DNA from: Antedon mediterranea
Lineage: Eukaryota; Animalia; Echinodermata
Assembly: GCF_964355755.1 (NCBI RefSeq)
Contig: NC_092676.1
Location: 30,003,499-30,067,498, forward strand
Reading direction: 5' to 3'
Length of the DNA stretch: 64,000 bases
In this document: positions 12,978 to 28,078 of the stretch, piece by piece
Layout: each line of letters begins with the position of its first letter
Position numbering within the stretch: position 1 is the stretch's first letter
The notes under the pieces: generated by a model
What the model saw: the letters and a program-made list of their open reading frames with translations, nothing else
The model's database searches: none
Told to the model about the DNA's origin: nothing
Position numbers and translations under genes: made by a program

Positions 12978-14225
12978 AGAAATACTGTTATATGGTAGTT
13001 AATAATTAGGCAAAAGCCTTACTTTTATTTACTGTAACATTAAAAAAAAACCTCAAATATGTTTTTATTTCATTTCTAGGTAAGAAACAATAATTAATAA
13101 TAAACAAATAAATTTCCAACATAATTAAAAATAGTATTTTATTAATTTTTCTCCATTGTATGATATATTTTTTAGTATTTTGTATTATTTAAATCAAAAT
13201 GTGTAATAATAAATTATTTTTTCTATTTTCAGGAAAAACAGTGAAGATTGCAAGAGTTCCTGCTAGAATATGTAAAAAACAAAATGTATAACATTTATTA
13301 AGAAGCAGATGTTATTTTAAATTTCTTTAGAACTGCTTCATAATGAACAATGTCTTTCATTTACTAAATTTGTATCAATGGCCACCTGTTGCTGCAGGGT
13401 TTAGTGTCAATGGCCACCTGTTGCTGCAGGGTTTAGTGTCAGATGTAGATCTTTATTTTTACTGTATTTATATTATATCAATAGAAAGCAACAACATTAT
13501 TTATAATAAAACTTATTTTGTCGCTATGGCTTCTTGTGTGCAGTGCTTATTCACTACGAGGTTGATATTCAATGCAAAATATGTTATTTCTAATTATTTT
13601 AAATTTTTTTAAAATATAAATTCATATAAAATTGTTTCAACGTGTATTTTTCACCTTCATGAAAAACGAAAATTTGATTTCAAAAATAAATTCATATAAA
13701 AATACAAATTCTATTGTAATTAAAATATTTCATTTTGGAATGTTTGACACATTTAAGTAAATTGAAGACATTTAGGCTTTTTCTAAACTTTCACACCCAA
13801 GTAAGTACAATGGTAGTTAGATAATATTTACACATTAAACAATCAAAACTGAAATTCTCACTCCGATGTCTTAAACATTTTATGTATAATTAATGCTTTA
13901 TAATACTGTATTTAATTCAATAATTTACTAAAATGTTAAGGTTTAAGTTAAAATATTTGGTTAATAATTTGCATTTGCACATGGCAATCAAAAGGGAAAA
14001 AGAAAAATCACAATATGTTCATCAGTTTCATTTAGAAAACGTAACATGGTAGCTGTGCTCTGGATGTTGAGTACCAACAACATGAATTTGACTCTGAAAA
14101 ACAAAACATGTTTGTGTAAAATAACTACATAAAGCATTTTAAATTGGCCGAAATTTTGATATTGCTAACAAAAATATTTTATCGTAAAACTAATTTATTT
14201 GTTTGACTGGATTTTAGTGGTAACC

Positions 14226-17200
14226 CTAAGAAAATCTTATTGCATGAATTCTGTAGTAGACTCGTATACTTACAGGTTTTGGTAATGGGCCTAAAGCTGT
14301 GAAAGAAAGCTGCTGCAGTAGTAGTGTTATTAAAACATGCATTTCCATCAACGCAAACCATCTAACAGACAAGAAGAAAACAATTTGTAAATAGGTGTTA
14401 AGTGTGCAGGACATTGTACTGTATCTCAGCCTATGACTTGTCAAAAAGACAGATCATTTCATTCAAATCTCCTATTACTTTGAAATTAATAATTTAGACT
14501 AGTTTACCTTCCTGGACATTGGTATCGACCTCCGCCAAATCCTACAAACCCATCTAGGAACAAGTTCTTATCAAGATCAGCTGCCAACCAACGATCCTAC
14601 GACAAAAAAAGAGATGCATCACAACTTCCATCAGAAAGCAGTTGTAATATTATATGAAAAGTAGAACCAAATTGATGAAACTGCCTTTAAGCTGGTATAT
14701 TATATTATTATTGGTACACCCTTTGTTTCATTTTTTTAAATGATCTAATAGAAATAATAAGACTTCATTTCTTTCTATTGAGCTATTGCTGGTCAGCATG
14801 AGTGATGATTTGAATTTATGTAATATTTGTTTTATTTGGATCATAATTAGAAATATAAGAGATCAAAATTAATTTATTTATGACTGTAAACACTTTTATT
14901 TTAAAATCCATAAATCAATCTAATCTTTGTACATACATTTTCTAAAGCTCTGTCTACACTATCAAACTTTATGTGACAACAAAACGTGATGTCATATCAC
15001 TACCATATTTGGGCATATCACCACCCTATTTGACCACATCACACTTTTTTAGTCAAACTAGTTTGTTAGTGTACAGAGCTTATAATACATACCGGCTTAA
15101 ATGCATGTGGATCTGGGAAGTATCTAGGGTCTCTATGAGCCCAATATGGAGAGATCATTAGCATATCACCTGCTGGGATAGTGTAGCCCTGAAATAAAAT
15201 GTAAAAATTAAAAGAAAGAAATGGCATGAATACGACATTAATCTCATAGGCCTGAGGACGATCAAAAGTTGAGAAACTCAACAGTTCTTTTCAGAACTAT
15301 ATGTATGTGGTGTATCACAAACTTTGTATCAACATTTGATTTTGCCATGCAAACCTTCCAACAATATTTTCTTTGTGTTTTTAAACTGTGTTGTGATCAA
15401 AATTATTGCAATGTAAACATATGCGATTCAGCCATTTGCTGTTATGTAAATATACATTTTATGTGTATAGATATACAGAAAAAGACCTTGTACAAGATTT
15501 GAACCAAAGAAATTGGAAGCAATACCATCAATCCATTGATATTATTATTGACACTCATGCTTTGTTTTACAGACCTTCAGGTGAAAAGACTTGATAACCT
15601 TTCTAGCAATGACACCTGGTGAGCGAAGTCTAATCGTTTCTAGTATACATCTCTTGATAGATGGCAGTTTACCAATAATCTTTTCATCTATTATAAGGTC
15701 AGTTTGTTTGTCGCCTAATACATCATTTAATTCTGCAGAAACCTTTTTCATTTCTTCTGGATCGTCGAGAAGAAATGCAATTACCCAAAAACTTATCTGA
15801 AAAGAAAAAAAATAATGATACCAAACTTGAATATTGAAAAAAATTAAATGGTGATAAAAATAACAATGTTCAAATATGACTCACTGGAATAGCATTGGCT
15901 TGAGACGCCCATAAAAGCATAAGTGCGAAATTTGGTCCAACTTTTCCAACCTCACTCATCATCTGTTGACCCAAAGTCTGGAAAAGAAAAACAAATGTTT
16001 AAATTTAAATAACAACCTTACCTTTTTGTTGGATACTTACTTTGCCTTTAGCCATTTGGGAGCTGTTGAGGCCCAGTAGATGATTTAACAACTCTCCTCC
16101 ATGTGGCCCTGTCCTCAACCATCCTCAGTGTCTTATTGTGAGTCAGTTTAGTGTTTGATGGTACAGTAAAATTTAGTCAAATATTCTGGTTCATTCAAAT
16201 ATTAATTTACAAATGCACACTCACCATTGATTTTGATGATTGTGGTTTTATGTCGTTTTGAAATTTTGTAAATAGTTTGAGAAGCCATTGTTTGCATGCA
16301 GCCCAGTCTCTTAAAAAAAAACCCATTGGACATTTTATTTTAAATATGCTAGTTAAAAAGCAAAATTTACATTCTCTTTAATTACAGTCAACAATTGAGG
16401 CTGTTGGGAGTTAATTAGAGAATTATCTTAGCTAACTACACAGCGGTATAAAGAGAGTTACACCAGTACTTAAATCAGACGTAACTTACCGAAGCAAAAA
16501 GCCTGGAATTTGTGATCCATACTCAAACTGATCATCAAATTTAACAAATATATCTTCAAGTTCTTGCATCTTTTCTTCACCAGACACAATTCCTTCACCA
16601 AACAAGTTCTTTACAACTGCACCAAACATTACCTTTCTGTGGATGTCAATAACAGAATCATGTGAGTAACAATTGTTTTAGTTTTAATTAGGTCCGACTT
16701 AATCACGAGAACCCCATGGCTGATAGAGATTGGTAGACTTTTATAAAAGATTTTAAGGTCCAAAAATTATAAGAATATTATATATATAAGAATAATTGAT
16801 GCTTCCAGTTTGGTATAGTTTTTAAATACAGATGAACAATTTGAGTACATAATTCTCTTTTTTGCAAAAAAGATTTAATATTTTAATTTAACCTTGATAC
16901 CTTATAAGCTTCATGAGATCCATCTCGCCCCTTTTGTGTAATTTGCAAATCTCCTTCGAAAACTTGTTGCTGAGGTCCGCATAGTAATTATTATGCTGTG
17001 AGGGTGCTAATCTTCCTTTCATTAGATCATGCATGTCTGTGTGGTACTTTAAGAAAAGTTCAGGCGTTAGTGATGCTGAAAAATATAATACTTTATGATT
17101 ATTCAGAGTTTGGCTCACATAAGAAATCGTTTGTCAAAAATATCTATTATTTTATTAGTTATTAGTGCTTTTAAAATATTATACAATTGTTAGCAATTTG

Positions 17201-17977
17201 CCTGATTTATTTGTATATGTGAGCAGAGGGGCAAAAATATTTTTTTAATTGGAGCTTACCGGTGTTTTGTACGGCATCTACAACTGCTTGTTGGAAGTCA
17301 ACGCTTTTTGAATTGAAGAAATATTGACGATGATCATCAACATCCATTAGAAATGTCAAGTATTTGCCAGCGGCAAGTACAGTAAATACTGGGCCATGCT
17401 GTAAAAGAAAATGCTTTAAAATGAAAATGCTTTAAAATGAAAATTGTGAAGTGATTTAAAGTGTGTCATATGTGTTAAGGTTAAATTTAAAAAAAGTCAA
17501 CAATCAAAGGTTATTATAATCTGACAAACAATTTATTTGAAAAAAAAATTACAAAAAATACCATTGTCTTTAAAGTCTTAACCTTGTCTTATGTTACCTC
17601 AACAATAGCCTCAGTTAACGTACCCAAATATGATGATATTCCCAAATATGGTGATATGACATCATCATGTCCCTATATCATGGGCACATCACATTTTTGT
17701 CACATAAAGTTTGATAATGTAGGCAGAGCTTAATTCTAAATGGTAACATAATGTACAACAAACCCTATACATAGTACTGTACTTATATACCTACCATGTA
17801 TTTTGCATTATTGATATAACGCAAAGGGGTGACACCAAACTCAACACCAACACCCATCCACGGTATCCAACCACTGATCGTGGGAGGACTGTTCCGCCTG
17901 TTCAGCTTAACCATAAACCAATTCACAAGAATAATTGCAACAATGCTTGATATTACGATCGAAATTGTGAGTAACAT
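14226..17977 (-). CDS. Cytochrome P450, CYP7/CYP8/CYP39 clan (sterol 7-alpha-hydroxylase / prostacyclin-synthase-like); 10 exons, 450 aa
   Basis: Minus-strand exons 17795-17977 (ATG at 17977), 17260-17398, 16901-17075, 16490-16636, 16040-16112, 15884-15976, 15575-15796, 15093-15188, 14508-14596, 14226-14361. All junctions are GT/AG and phases are consistent (1353 nt). N-terminal membrane anchor + PPTISGWIPWMGVGVEFGVTPL (cf. CYP7A1 PPLENGLIPYLGCALQFGANPL). I-helix-proximal segment FALMLLWASQANAIPISFW. K-helix ETIRLRSPG. GYTIPAGDMLMISPYWAHRDPRYFPDPHAFKPDRW. Heme-binding FGGGRYQCPGRWFALMEMHVLITLLL, with the Arg codon split across the last intron. Confidence 0.8.
14944..15081. mobile_element. MITE family A copy inside P450 intron 8
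   Basis: aaagctctgtctacactatcaaacttt…gtttgttagtgtacagagctt. Confidence 0.75.
17620..17732. mobile_element. MITE family A, truncated copy (one TIR + core) in P450 intron 1
   Basis: Core ccaaatatggtgatatgacatcatcatgtccctatatcatgggcacatcac plus right TIR gtttgataatgtaggcagagct; left TIR absent. Confidence 0.5.
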
Positions 17978-18867
17978 TTTAGAAACTAGGCATACAAAGT
18001 ACTGTATATGCTAAAAATGTGGCGGAAAATACCGGTAGTGTTGCAACATAGCTTCAGTTTCGATCCAGGGACTACAAAAACAAATAAGTAGAGCGCCCTC
18101 AAAATTGGAGAAAAAACTATGGAGCGCTACTCTTAAAAACTTACTCTCTTTACGGTAACCCAGTTAAAATGAGTATGCCGCTACTTATTATACCTATTTT
18201 TGAGGTAATAATCTAAGTTACGTTTTGCTAATACGACGATAGATACTTTGAAGTCATCATTGGATGGACATGAAAAGAACATTAAATCGACGTTTCACAT
18301 TTCGTATTCCTGTCACGTCACACTTGAGTGCGTTTTGCATGTGTGTCGTGTGTATATTATATTTTTTAGTTTTTTACAGCTTAAAATTAATGTTATATAT
18401 CTAAGTATACTATTAATAGTTACTATTGTGTATCCTTCATTAGTAAGGTATGTTTTTGGAAGTTTAGTTTGGTTGATATAGGTAGACGTATGGGATGGCC
18501 TGGCCCTTATTAATTAAGTAGGGGGCCTAGGGCTAGCCTAGTTAGGCCTACTCTAGTAACTAGGCCTAGCTAGGCGAGGTCTAGGCCTAGGTAGAGTCTG
18601 AGATTAGGTCGGCTTACTACCTATTAGCTAGCCTAGCTAGAAGGGTAATACTAATCTACGCCCAGTACCGGGAGATAGGTATGTTTTTTTTAGGATATAA
18701 TTATAAAATAACATTAAGTACTTTTTGTTAAGTGGTAAATTTAACTTATATATATATATATTTATTTTTTTTTCCAGAAACAAGGTTAAAATCAGGTAAA
18801 ATACTTCATTTGTCACAACCCGTTTAACGTCAAACAAAACATCACTTGATCACAGACAGAGGTGAAA

Positions 18868-19693
18868 ATGGCGTCACGTACCGGATCAAGACCAAGTGGC
18901 TCGGATGGTAGCGATTTTGATCACAGAGAGAGGGTAGCAGATCACTATAAGATAAGGTGCAGCAAACACTGTTTCTCTTAGTAGTATCCTTATTATGGCT
19001 TATTAATATTTTAGTTTTAAAAAATGTTTTCACTATTACTGTAGATGATTCATGGATTACTACTATGTCAAAATTGTTCTATTTACTGCAGTTACTGCAG
19101 GTGTTAATGGATAATTGCATAAACTTCTACATTGAAACCAATTACACCATGCATAATGTAGTTACATCAGTCACTGCAGTAAAATAAATTTGACACGATT
19201 CCTTTGTAGAAAACATAATTTGTATATTTCTCATTCTAGTGCTGTACTGAAGCCAAAAATGAAGATTTGTATGCTTCTGAACTTAGTTGTAGCTGTAAAA
19301 ATTGCCGCTCTGGATGGAGCTTTACACATGGATCTACTGCCCCCACCAATTGACACCATCAAGATCCAACCATGGCATTACATCATCATCTGTAGCTTTC
19401 TCTCATCAATCGTTGGCCTATCATCACTTTCCAAGAGCAATGGCGCACTTCTCAATGTTTACAAGACTGGAACATTGCTATTCTGCCTTGGTGGTACAGT
19501 GTTTGGTATGATTACTCATTACAAGGAACTCCAAATGTACCTACAGACTGGTAAAGGCCTTTTGATATTTGGTTTACCAGCTATTGTTTTGCAATATGTT
19601 GGACTTTCTATTTACTTGGTTTTTACACTGTTGAATTATCGTTATGCAAGTAAGTTATCGGCTGCATGGCACATGAAAACTAAACGAAAATAA
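18868..19693 (+). CDS. Hypothetical small multi-pass membrane protein (tentative 2-exon model: 18868-18955, 19252-19693)
   Basis: Exon 1 ATG…[29 protein letters not shown] with donor ATAAG|GTGCAG (phase 2). Acceptor ttctcattctag|T then [27 protein letters not shown]…; the 167-aa ORF has ~4 hydrophobic helices and ends TAA at 19693. No family recognised; coding status unproven. Confidence 0.3.
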
Positions 19694-20260
19694 ATAAAAT
19701 TATATTGAAATTTGAACTATATTATTTTTTTGTTTGATTGATTAATAGACATTGAGATGTCGCACAGAATTCCAAGATCTTCCCCAGTTTAATGTGTATA
19801 AAGTTTTTAAAAAATTCTTTTTATCCATTTCTTACAAATTTGTCTTAAAAGTATTGATTAAGAAGATAATTATGTTACTAAACAACATTTTCTGTAACTC
19901 CTTCCAAGTACCCAAATAAGGTAGTGTTACGTCACAACAAGCCAATCACACAATACTTACTGGAGCTATTAGCAATTTATTAATATTTGACTATAAACAC
20001 ATAATATAAAACAAGCAACTACTTTCTGAAAATCAAATACAGTAAGCTTTGAAGATTATGATATGGTTAAACAATTCAATATCTGTCAAGAGTGGTTTTT
20101 TTAATTAGTCAATACTATCCATCACCAATTGACACATTTATTATTTATCATCGTTTATTTGAGTTAATTTCAGCATTATTTGTTTGTTCTGTTTTTTTTC
20201 TAACCATGTTTCACATTAACCTTCAATCACTTTACGAAACACTGAATGATGTAACATCTT

Positions 20261-20387
20261 AAAGCTCTGTCCACACTATCAAACTAGTTTGACAAAAAAG
20301 TGCGATGTGCGCAAATATGGTAGTGATATCATCTTCATATATGGGCACATCACGTTCTTTGTCGCATACAATTTTTTAGTGTAGATC
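20261..20387. mobile_element. MITE family A copy, 3' of the alpha-tubulin gene
   Basis: aaagctctgtccacactatcaaactagtttgac…ttttagtgtagatc. Confidence 0.7.
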
Positions 20388-20847
20388 ATGGCGAGTTAAT
20401 GTGTTTAGACTAGGCGCCGAGCATTTACATATTCGACGCGTTACGCGTCAACTACATGAATCAATTGACCAGGTATCTACCACCAAGCAGGACATTGTAC
20501 TTCTAACAACGACAGTTCATCCTACAGCATTAAGCCGTAGGATCATTCTTAACTACAAATACTTTATTTGGTCGATTGTTTGATCGGGTAGACTTCTTTA
20601 GGAAGACACTTTTGATCAGTTAGTTCGTAACAATTGCATTTATGCACAATACACATAGCAAAACATTATACATGGTAATTTATATTAATGGAAGATAATA
20701 TGTAAACTTTTGCTTTAGCCTACGTTAAGCGGGATGTGTTCAAGGCCCCGAACCCATATTAGGAAGACAACTCATTACTGTTTAACATTCAGCCATCCCA
20801 ATGATATTGCACCCTATTTTGGCAACAAAAAATCCACAATAAAATAA

Positions 20848-21849
<1,002 letters not shown>

Positions 21850-22050
21850 TTAGAACAATCCGTTATCGTCACGAAAATCGTCGTCATCATCACTTTATCG
21901 TCTTTCCATTATCATTCTCTCTGTACATTCAAAAGCAGCATACATTAAAGCACCATCCACGGATTCGTTTACTAAAGGCCAACTCAGACAGCGTCGTGTG
22001 GCTCACGAGTCGTCTCGTCGGGAGAAAGTTAAACATGTTTAAAGTTTTCT

Positions 22051-22262
22051 CGACGACCTAAAAACTACGCCCGACGATATCTCAAAACGACTCGTCTCGT
22101 CGGAATTCAACTCGGACAGCGTCCCGACGACCTAAAAACTACGCCCGACGATATCTCAAAACGACTCGTCTCGTCGGAATTCAACTCGGACAGCGTCCCG
22201 ACGACCTAAAAAATACACCCGACGCTATCTCAAGACGACTCGTCTCGTCGAAGAATCAAGAC
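22051..22262. repeat. ~75-bp tandem repeat (~2.7 copies) inside alpha-tubulin intron 3
   Basis: cgacgacctaaaaactacgcccgacgatatctcaaaacgactcgtctcgtcggaattcaactcggacagcgtcc repeated. Confidence 0.75.
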
Positions 22263-22328
22263 GTTTCGTCGGGCCTCGTCGTACGGACGGCGCTGTATGA
22301 GTTGTATACATACACATATATTTCTTAC

Positions 22329-22477
22329 CAGTTTTCTGATCCTGTCCAAAGCAAGATCAATTGTGAGTTTCCCAACAGTATAGTGACCTCTAGCATAGTT
22401 GTTTGCCGCATCCTCCTTTCCTGTTATCAACTGCTCTGGGTGGAACAAGCGACTGTACATTCCAGTTCGAATTTCAT
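22329..22477 (-). CDS. Alpha-tubulin, coding exon (residues 76-125)
   Basis: cag|ATGAAATTCGAACTGGA… [50 protein letters not shown], donor CTG|GTAAGA. 149 nt, phase 1 in / 0 out. Confidence 0.9.
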
Positions 22478-22914
22478 CTGAAAAGTTGATATTAGATTTA
22501 CGTATTATGCGTATCAAAACTCAATTATATGGGAGATAATCGCAGATGTGTAATAACACAAAATAATACAAAATACATTGATTGGGAATAATAGACATGG
22601 AAAGACAACATGGAGCATGGGAATTATGGGGCGCCATAAGCAGCAAAAGTGTGTAGGGAATGGACAGAAAATGTATTAATATGAATAATTAAAGGTTGTA
22701 CACTACAAGAATGAAAAACAAACAAAGAGTACGTTAACAAGAGGGAATTGAAGAAAAGGCAAAACGAAAAAGAAAGAAGAAAACTAGTACAGGACGCTTT
22801 GTGACGAAAATGCAAACGAAAAAAAAGGATCGGAATATCAAAAACGACTGACACTTTGCGACACCATTATGTAAACATGGTTTAGCTAACTGAACGTACG
22901 TATACGTATTGTTA

Positions 22915-23145
<231 letters not shown>

Positions 23146-23985
23146 CTATAACAACAACAACAAAATGTTTATTTTTATTATGTTAATATTTTTTTTATTA
23201 TTTATTTATTATTCCTTTCAGTGATTAAAAAAAAAGAAGGCACTAAGACGAGGAAAACTATCGCCAAGAGGCGTGTCTTTCCAACATGAGAGTTACTTTT
23301 ATTTAGAAAACATTAAGGTATTCCAACACGTATTGGCAGTAGGCCTACAGTATTAAAATCATTGAATTCTTGAGAAATAATCCCAAACAAACAGCATACG
23401 GTATTATACGTGGGCATACAGGACACCACGTATCCCACTATTTTTTGGGCGGTTATATAATTTTCCCCTTGAAATATGAATGGATAAATAAAGTCTTTTG
23501 TTCAGTACTACTAAAACTTGTCAACATCTGACTGTACAGCTAATTTACTCTCATCGGTGCTAAAGTAGTGTACTGTAATAATATATACCTCAGCATATTA
23601 ATGACGGTTGTCTGATGAGCTATTGCAGAGTATAAAAGATATCCGCTTGATAACTATTATTGCATGACATTTCGTGCTCGGAATCACGTGACCAATGAAG
23701 ACTGAGATCAAACGCTAATAAATTCAACCCTTTATTTCTTCTAAATTACAAATTCCCATGAACAGAAAGTGTGTCTGTTGACGCGAGTGCACGCATTATG
23801 ATTGGCCGACTACATGGAAACATATTTTTGTTTGAGAAATGAAATCTACGATGTGGTTTTGAATGTCAGTTTTCAATATTTTTGTATTTGAATAATTTAT
23901 TTTTGTTTTTTTAGTTTAGATTTGTGTAATGAATAAACGTATTAAAAAAGATCAATTGATATAAAAGATAAATTATATGAAGTAT

Positions 23986-24228
23986 GATAGACTTGCCCCA
24001 AGTATGATAGACTTTCCCCAAGTATGATAGACTTGCCCCAAGTATGATAGACTTGCCCCAAGTATGATAGACTTGCCCCAAGTATGATAGACTTGCCCCA
24101 AGTATGATAGACTTGCCCCAAGTATGATAGACTTGCCCCAAGTATGATAGACTTGCCCCAAGTATGATAGACTTGCCCCAAGTATGATAGACTTGCCCCA
24201 AGTATGATAGACTTGCCCCAAGTCTGTA
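23986..24228. repeat. 20-bp minisatellite x12 (AAGTATGATAGACTTGCCCC)
   Basis: Perfect or near-perfect direct copies; the overlapping ORF-track peptides are artefacts. Confidence 0.9.
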
Positions 24229-25805
24229 TTTATTTACAGTATTTTTGTATGTTAGTCCAAAAGTCGACGTTTCGATTTTTGTCTGAAAATACAAGCTCAA
24301 AACTCCGTCTGGAATCCAGACTAGAATATGACTATGTGGCTGCTATCGCGTTATTTATTCATAATAATGTTGCCTGCTATCGCGTTTTAATGAACCTTGA
24401 CCTTTCATTATTAATCCGTGTTCACACCCATCTTTGCGATTGCTCCGACATTCCTAATAGGCATAGTTGCTTCCCATTTTAATCAGTCTGGAGAATTGAT
24501 ACGTATGATTAGTACAGCAAAGTTCAATTTGCATCCAGGTCGGATATCTCGAGCTTTTTTTTTACAAATATAATCCGCATGGACTACATCATCGATCCAC
24601 GGATTAAATAAATCCCTTGGTATTTAATATTTTAACTTTTTAATTTAAATATTAAAAGCTCTACCCTGCGAACCCCCTTTGTTAAATCGTTGAGGTATTA
24701 TTATGGTTAAATGGTTCGACTTAATTAGGCCCACAATGCAACTTGAACCGAATGTTGGCTTCATGACGTAGGCCCTAGTTGTCATCGATATAAGAATTGG
24801 TTATTACCCTGTTAGTGTTAGTTAGTGTTAGTTAAAACGGATTAAGCATGCTTGTCGTTAAATTGTGGGTTTTTGGTGTAAGTAAACCCCTGTATTGAAT
24901 TAAGAAGAGCATGTTTTAAAGTAATATTTGAGTGGTTTTTTACAGAATCTGTAAACACCAAGTGGGCTTTTCCATTAAAAGATTAAGCCTGATTAGCTAA
25001 CATGATTTCACACTAGGCGATTTGTGTGTTGATGTATTTTGCTGTCATCCATTCTGTGTGACCGTGCTCATAATCTATGTCGATTCCCATTTCACACTAG
25101 GCGATTTGTGTGTTGATGCATGTGTAACGGCCGACTGTCATCCATTCGCAGTGTGAACGCGCTGTCGTTTCACAATCAATGTCGAGACCAATTTCCAATC
25201 TCATTTATCTTCAATAATTCATTTAATAACAAAATGATATTAACTTTATTTGCTGAAAATTGTTAATATTCCTACTGTAGGCCCTACCTATACTGTTAAT
25301 AATCTGTTTAAATTTAACTAGTGACATTATAGGCCTATATTATTTATTTTGGATCAACCTATGTTTTTATTCGCATTCAAATTAATATTAAATTACCAAA
25401 TCTTACGAATTTAAATAAACAAAATGTACATATATTAAATGAATAGATGACAAATCGAAGCTAAATGAAATTCTTTCAAGATTAAATGAATAGTTTAAAC
25501 GTTCTTAGCTTCGCTGTGTGGCTATATGCCGTGATACATTATAGGCCTACATGTACGTCCTACATACGAACAATGAGAACTAGACCACTTTCAATTATAA
25601 AATAATATGAAAATATATCGTGATTGATTAACAGCGAACATGGTGATAATGTATCCGTAATGATTTGATGTAACCATCCAATGGTGTATCATACACGTGC
25701 TCTCAATTCAAGACTAATTAAAAGTAACCGGCTAAAGGCAAATTTACACAGACGAGCGGTAACGGTAATAAAAATATAGAATCTATATTGTTCCTTATGA
25801 CGTCG

Positions 25806-25990
25806 ACCCTTAAGCTTGGTTCCCACTAGAACGTAACGCAAGGACGTAAACGCAACGCAAGCGTTTTAACCAATGGCAAGCGAAGATATAGACAGTTAGC
25901 AATAATAAGCCATCGCTTGTGATTGGTCAATTCACTTGCGTTGTGTTACGTCCTTGCGTTGCGTCGCTAGTGGGAACCACGCTTTACACA
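25806..25990. mobile_element. MITE family B copy (TIR GGTTCCCACTAGAACGTAACGCAAGGACGTAA…; internal TTGACCAATCACAAGCGATGG palindrome)
   Basis: Near-identical to the copy at 44472-44655. Related, more diverged copies at 36180-36300, 37090-37235 and a fragment at 1185-1236. Confidence 0.7.
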
Positions 25991-28078
25991 AAACGCGGAG
26001 CGGACGGGCGGTTTCCGCTCAGGATAGATACAGATTCTACGTGGAACAAGCTACGCGGTTTTCCACTTACCGCTTTACCGCGTCTGCTGTGTAAATTGGC
26101 CTTAAGGATCACTTCTAAAATCCGCAGTACACTAAATCTAATTAATAGGACTGGTTTGTATTTTGATTCATTCAATCAATATTTTCAGAGATACGAAACC
26201 CGTTTCCAGCTAATATTTCTTCCGTTTACTCGTTACAATTCACACATATCATTAATAATTTGTTTGCATAGAAAAACTATAAAGATTGTTTTGAATTGTC
26301 AAAAAAAAAAAGTACAAGAATGGCAAAAAAATGTATATATACAGAAACAACCGCGGCCTCGCGTTAATTAAAGGCATGGTTGTTACAATTATTTCATGTT
26401 TTAATGGACAGGTTTTTTTACCAAACCGTTGTCGAATACTAACCGATCACTACGTATACTCATCAGCATATTGAATCTCATTCTTAATAAATCTAAACTG
26501 AGGATGAGGTACAATACCATTTTAAATTGATAATTTAAATTGAACATTAATGTGAATGAAAGCAGCAAAAAACATTAATCGCGTCAAAACTATACAATTT
26601 GACCATCCCAACTGTCAAAACAAATCTTGAAAATTAAAAAAAAAACTAAATTATTTATAATATAGCTGAATAAATGAACAATAATATGATAGCAACACTT
26701 ACCATTTTAAAAGTTTAGAATCTCGCAATGTTACGTTATGAAATGGAAGCAAGATGTAAGGCGTTGCCTTCTCCAATGTGATGCGTGGAAAGAGCACGGT
26801 TAATATGCACGCCTGTTTCAATCTACAACCCGATAGCATCGATCTAAAGTCCACGATGCGCATGCGTTAGCTGATTTGCTAGAATACTCCATGCTAGAAT
26901 TGAGGAATACAATTCAACTATAATTATATTGCCATTTCTGTGATATATATGAAAATGAATAATAAATCTGTCACGTGTGTATCAATCAAATCAAATCAAT
27001 CTTTTTATTCATCAAAAACAATACAATGCAATAGGGCTACTTATATTTAAATAAAATATTTTACATTATTTTGGCAAATATCTAATTTTGTCGGCAAACT
27101 TAGTGATACATGGTAACATTAACTAGTACATACATATTACTAGCAATTATTGTTTTACGATAATAGATTTTGTTATAATGTATATTTTAATTCCTAATGC
27201 TTTTAGAATTTATAATTAATATATGTGCGTTTTTGTCTCTGGAGGTTGAACTATTCTTCTAATATGACTCGATGAGTCATCTGCTTGAAATATTCATTAC
27301 GATCTATAGTCTGCGTTCACACAGTGATACAGAAGATTACGCGAGCGTGCAAACGATGTTATCATTGATACGCGACGTGCAACGCGGTGCTAGGTAAAAC
27401 ATGATGTTCACATTGAAATGAATCTCATCAATTACAGTACTGTACCTTACAATAATCATGTTGACAACAAATGCGATCCATTTCGCACTGCAGTTGAACT
27501 GTAATTAACATATTGTACCGTATGTAGTTTATAGTTAAAGCTATTATGTGGGAAGCGCGGGGTGAAGCGATTACAAAGATGAGCAACCAGATCAGAAACA
27601 AGATAATATTAATGTACTATGTTATATAGGCATACACACACACATTCAGCGCGGTATCTGTATGCCATGTGTTAAAGTACTCATGTCATTGTATACATTA
27701 TGTTGGAATGCATAAACGAAGTTCATTTTAAATGTCACAATGAAGCGTCGAATGAAGTTACTCATTTCAATGTTGAAGGAATTATTTTAAAAAAAATTCC
27801 TCCATGATTAAACTGATTAACTTAACGATTAAATCATCAATGCTAAACACAAAATAATTCTCATAAAAACATTTATTATGGCCTAAACATTAATAAAACC
27901 GAGTTCCAAAAATGTTATTATAAACAAATCTATAAATATTGAATGTTCTCAAATTTATTAATTTGCTTTCACACACATACATTATTAATTCCTATAAATG
28001 GTCAACAATACAATTATTTACATAGATTGCAGAGTACTACATGAATTTAAAAATATTGATAGCATAATTATTAATAAG

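Noticed and set aside
23911-24300. ORFs with SLSYLGQVYHTWGKSIILGA repeats
   Set aside because: Artefact of the 20-bp minisatellite.
25919-26371. 150-aa ORF
   Set aside because: Starts inside the MITE-B copy and runs through AT-rich non-conserved sequence; no motif or splice support.
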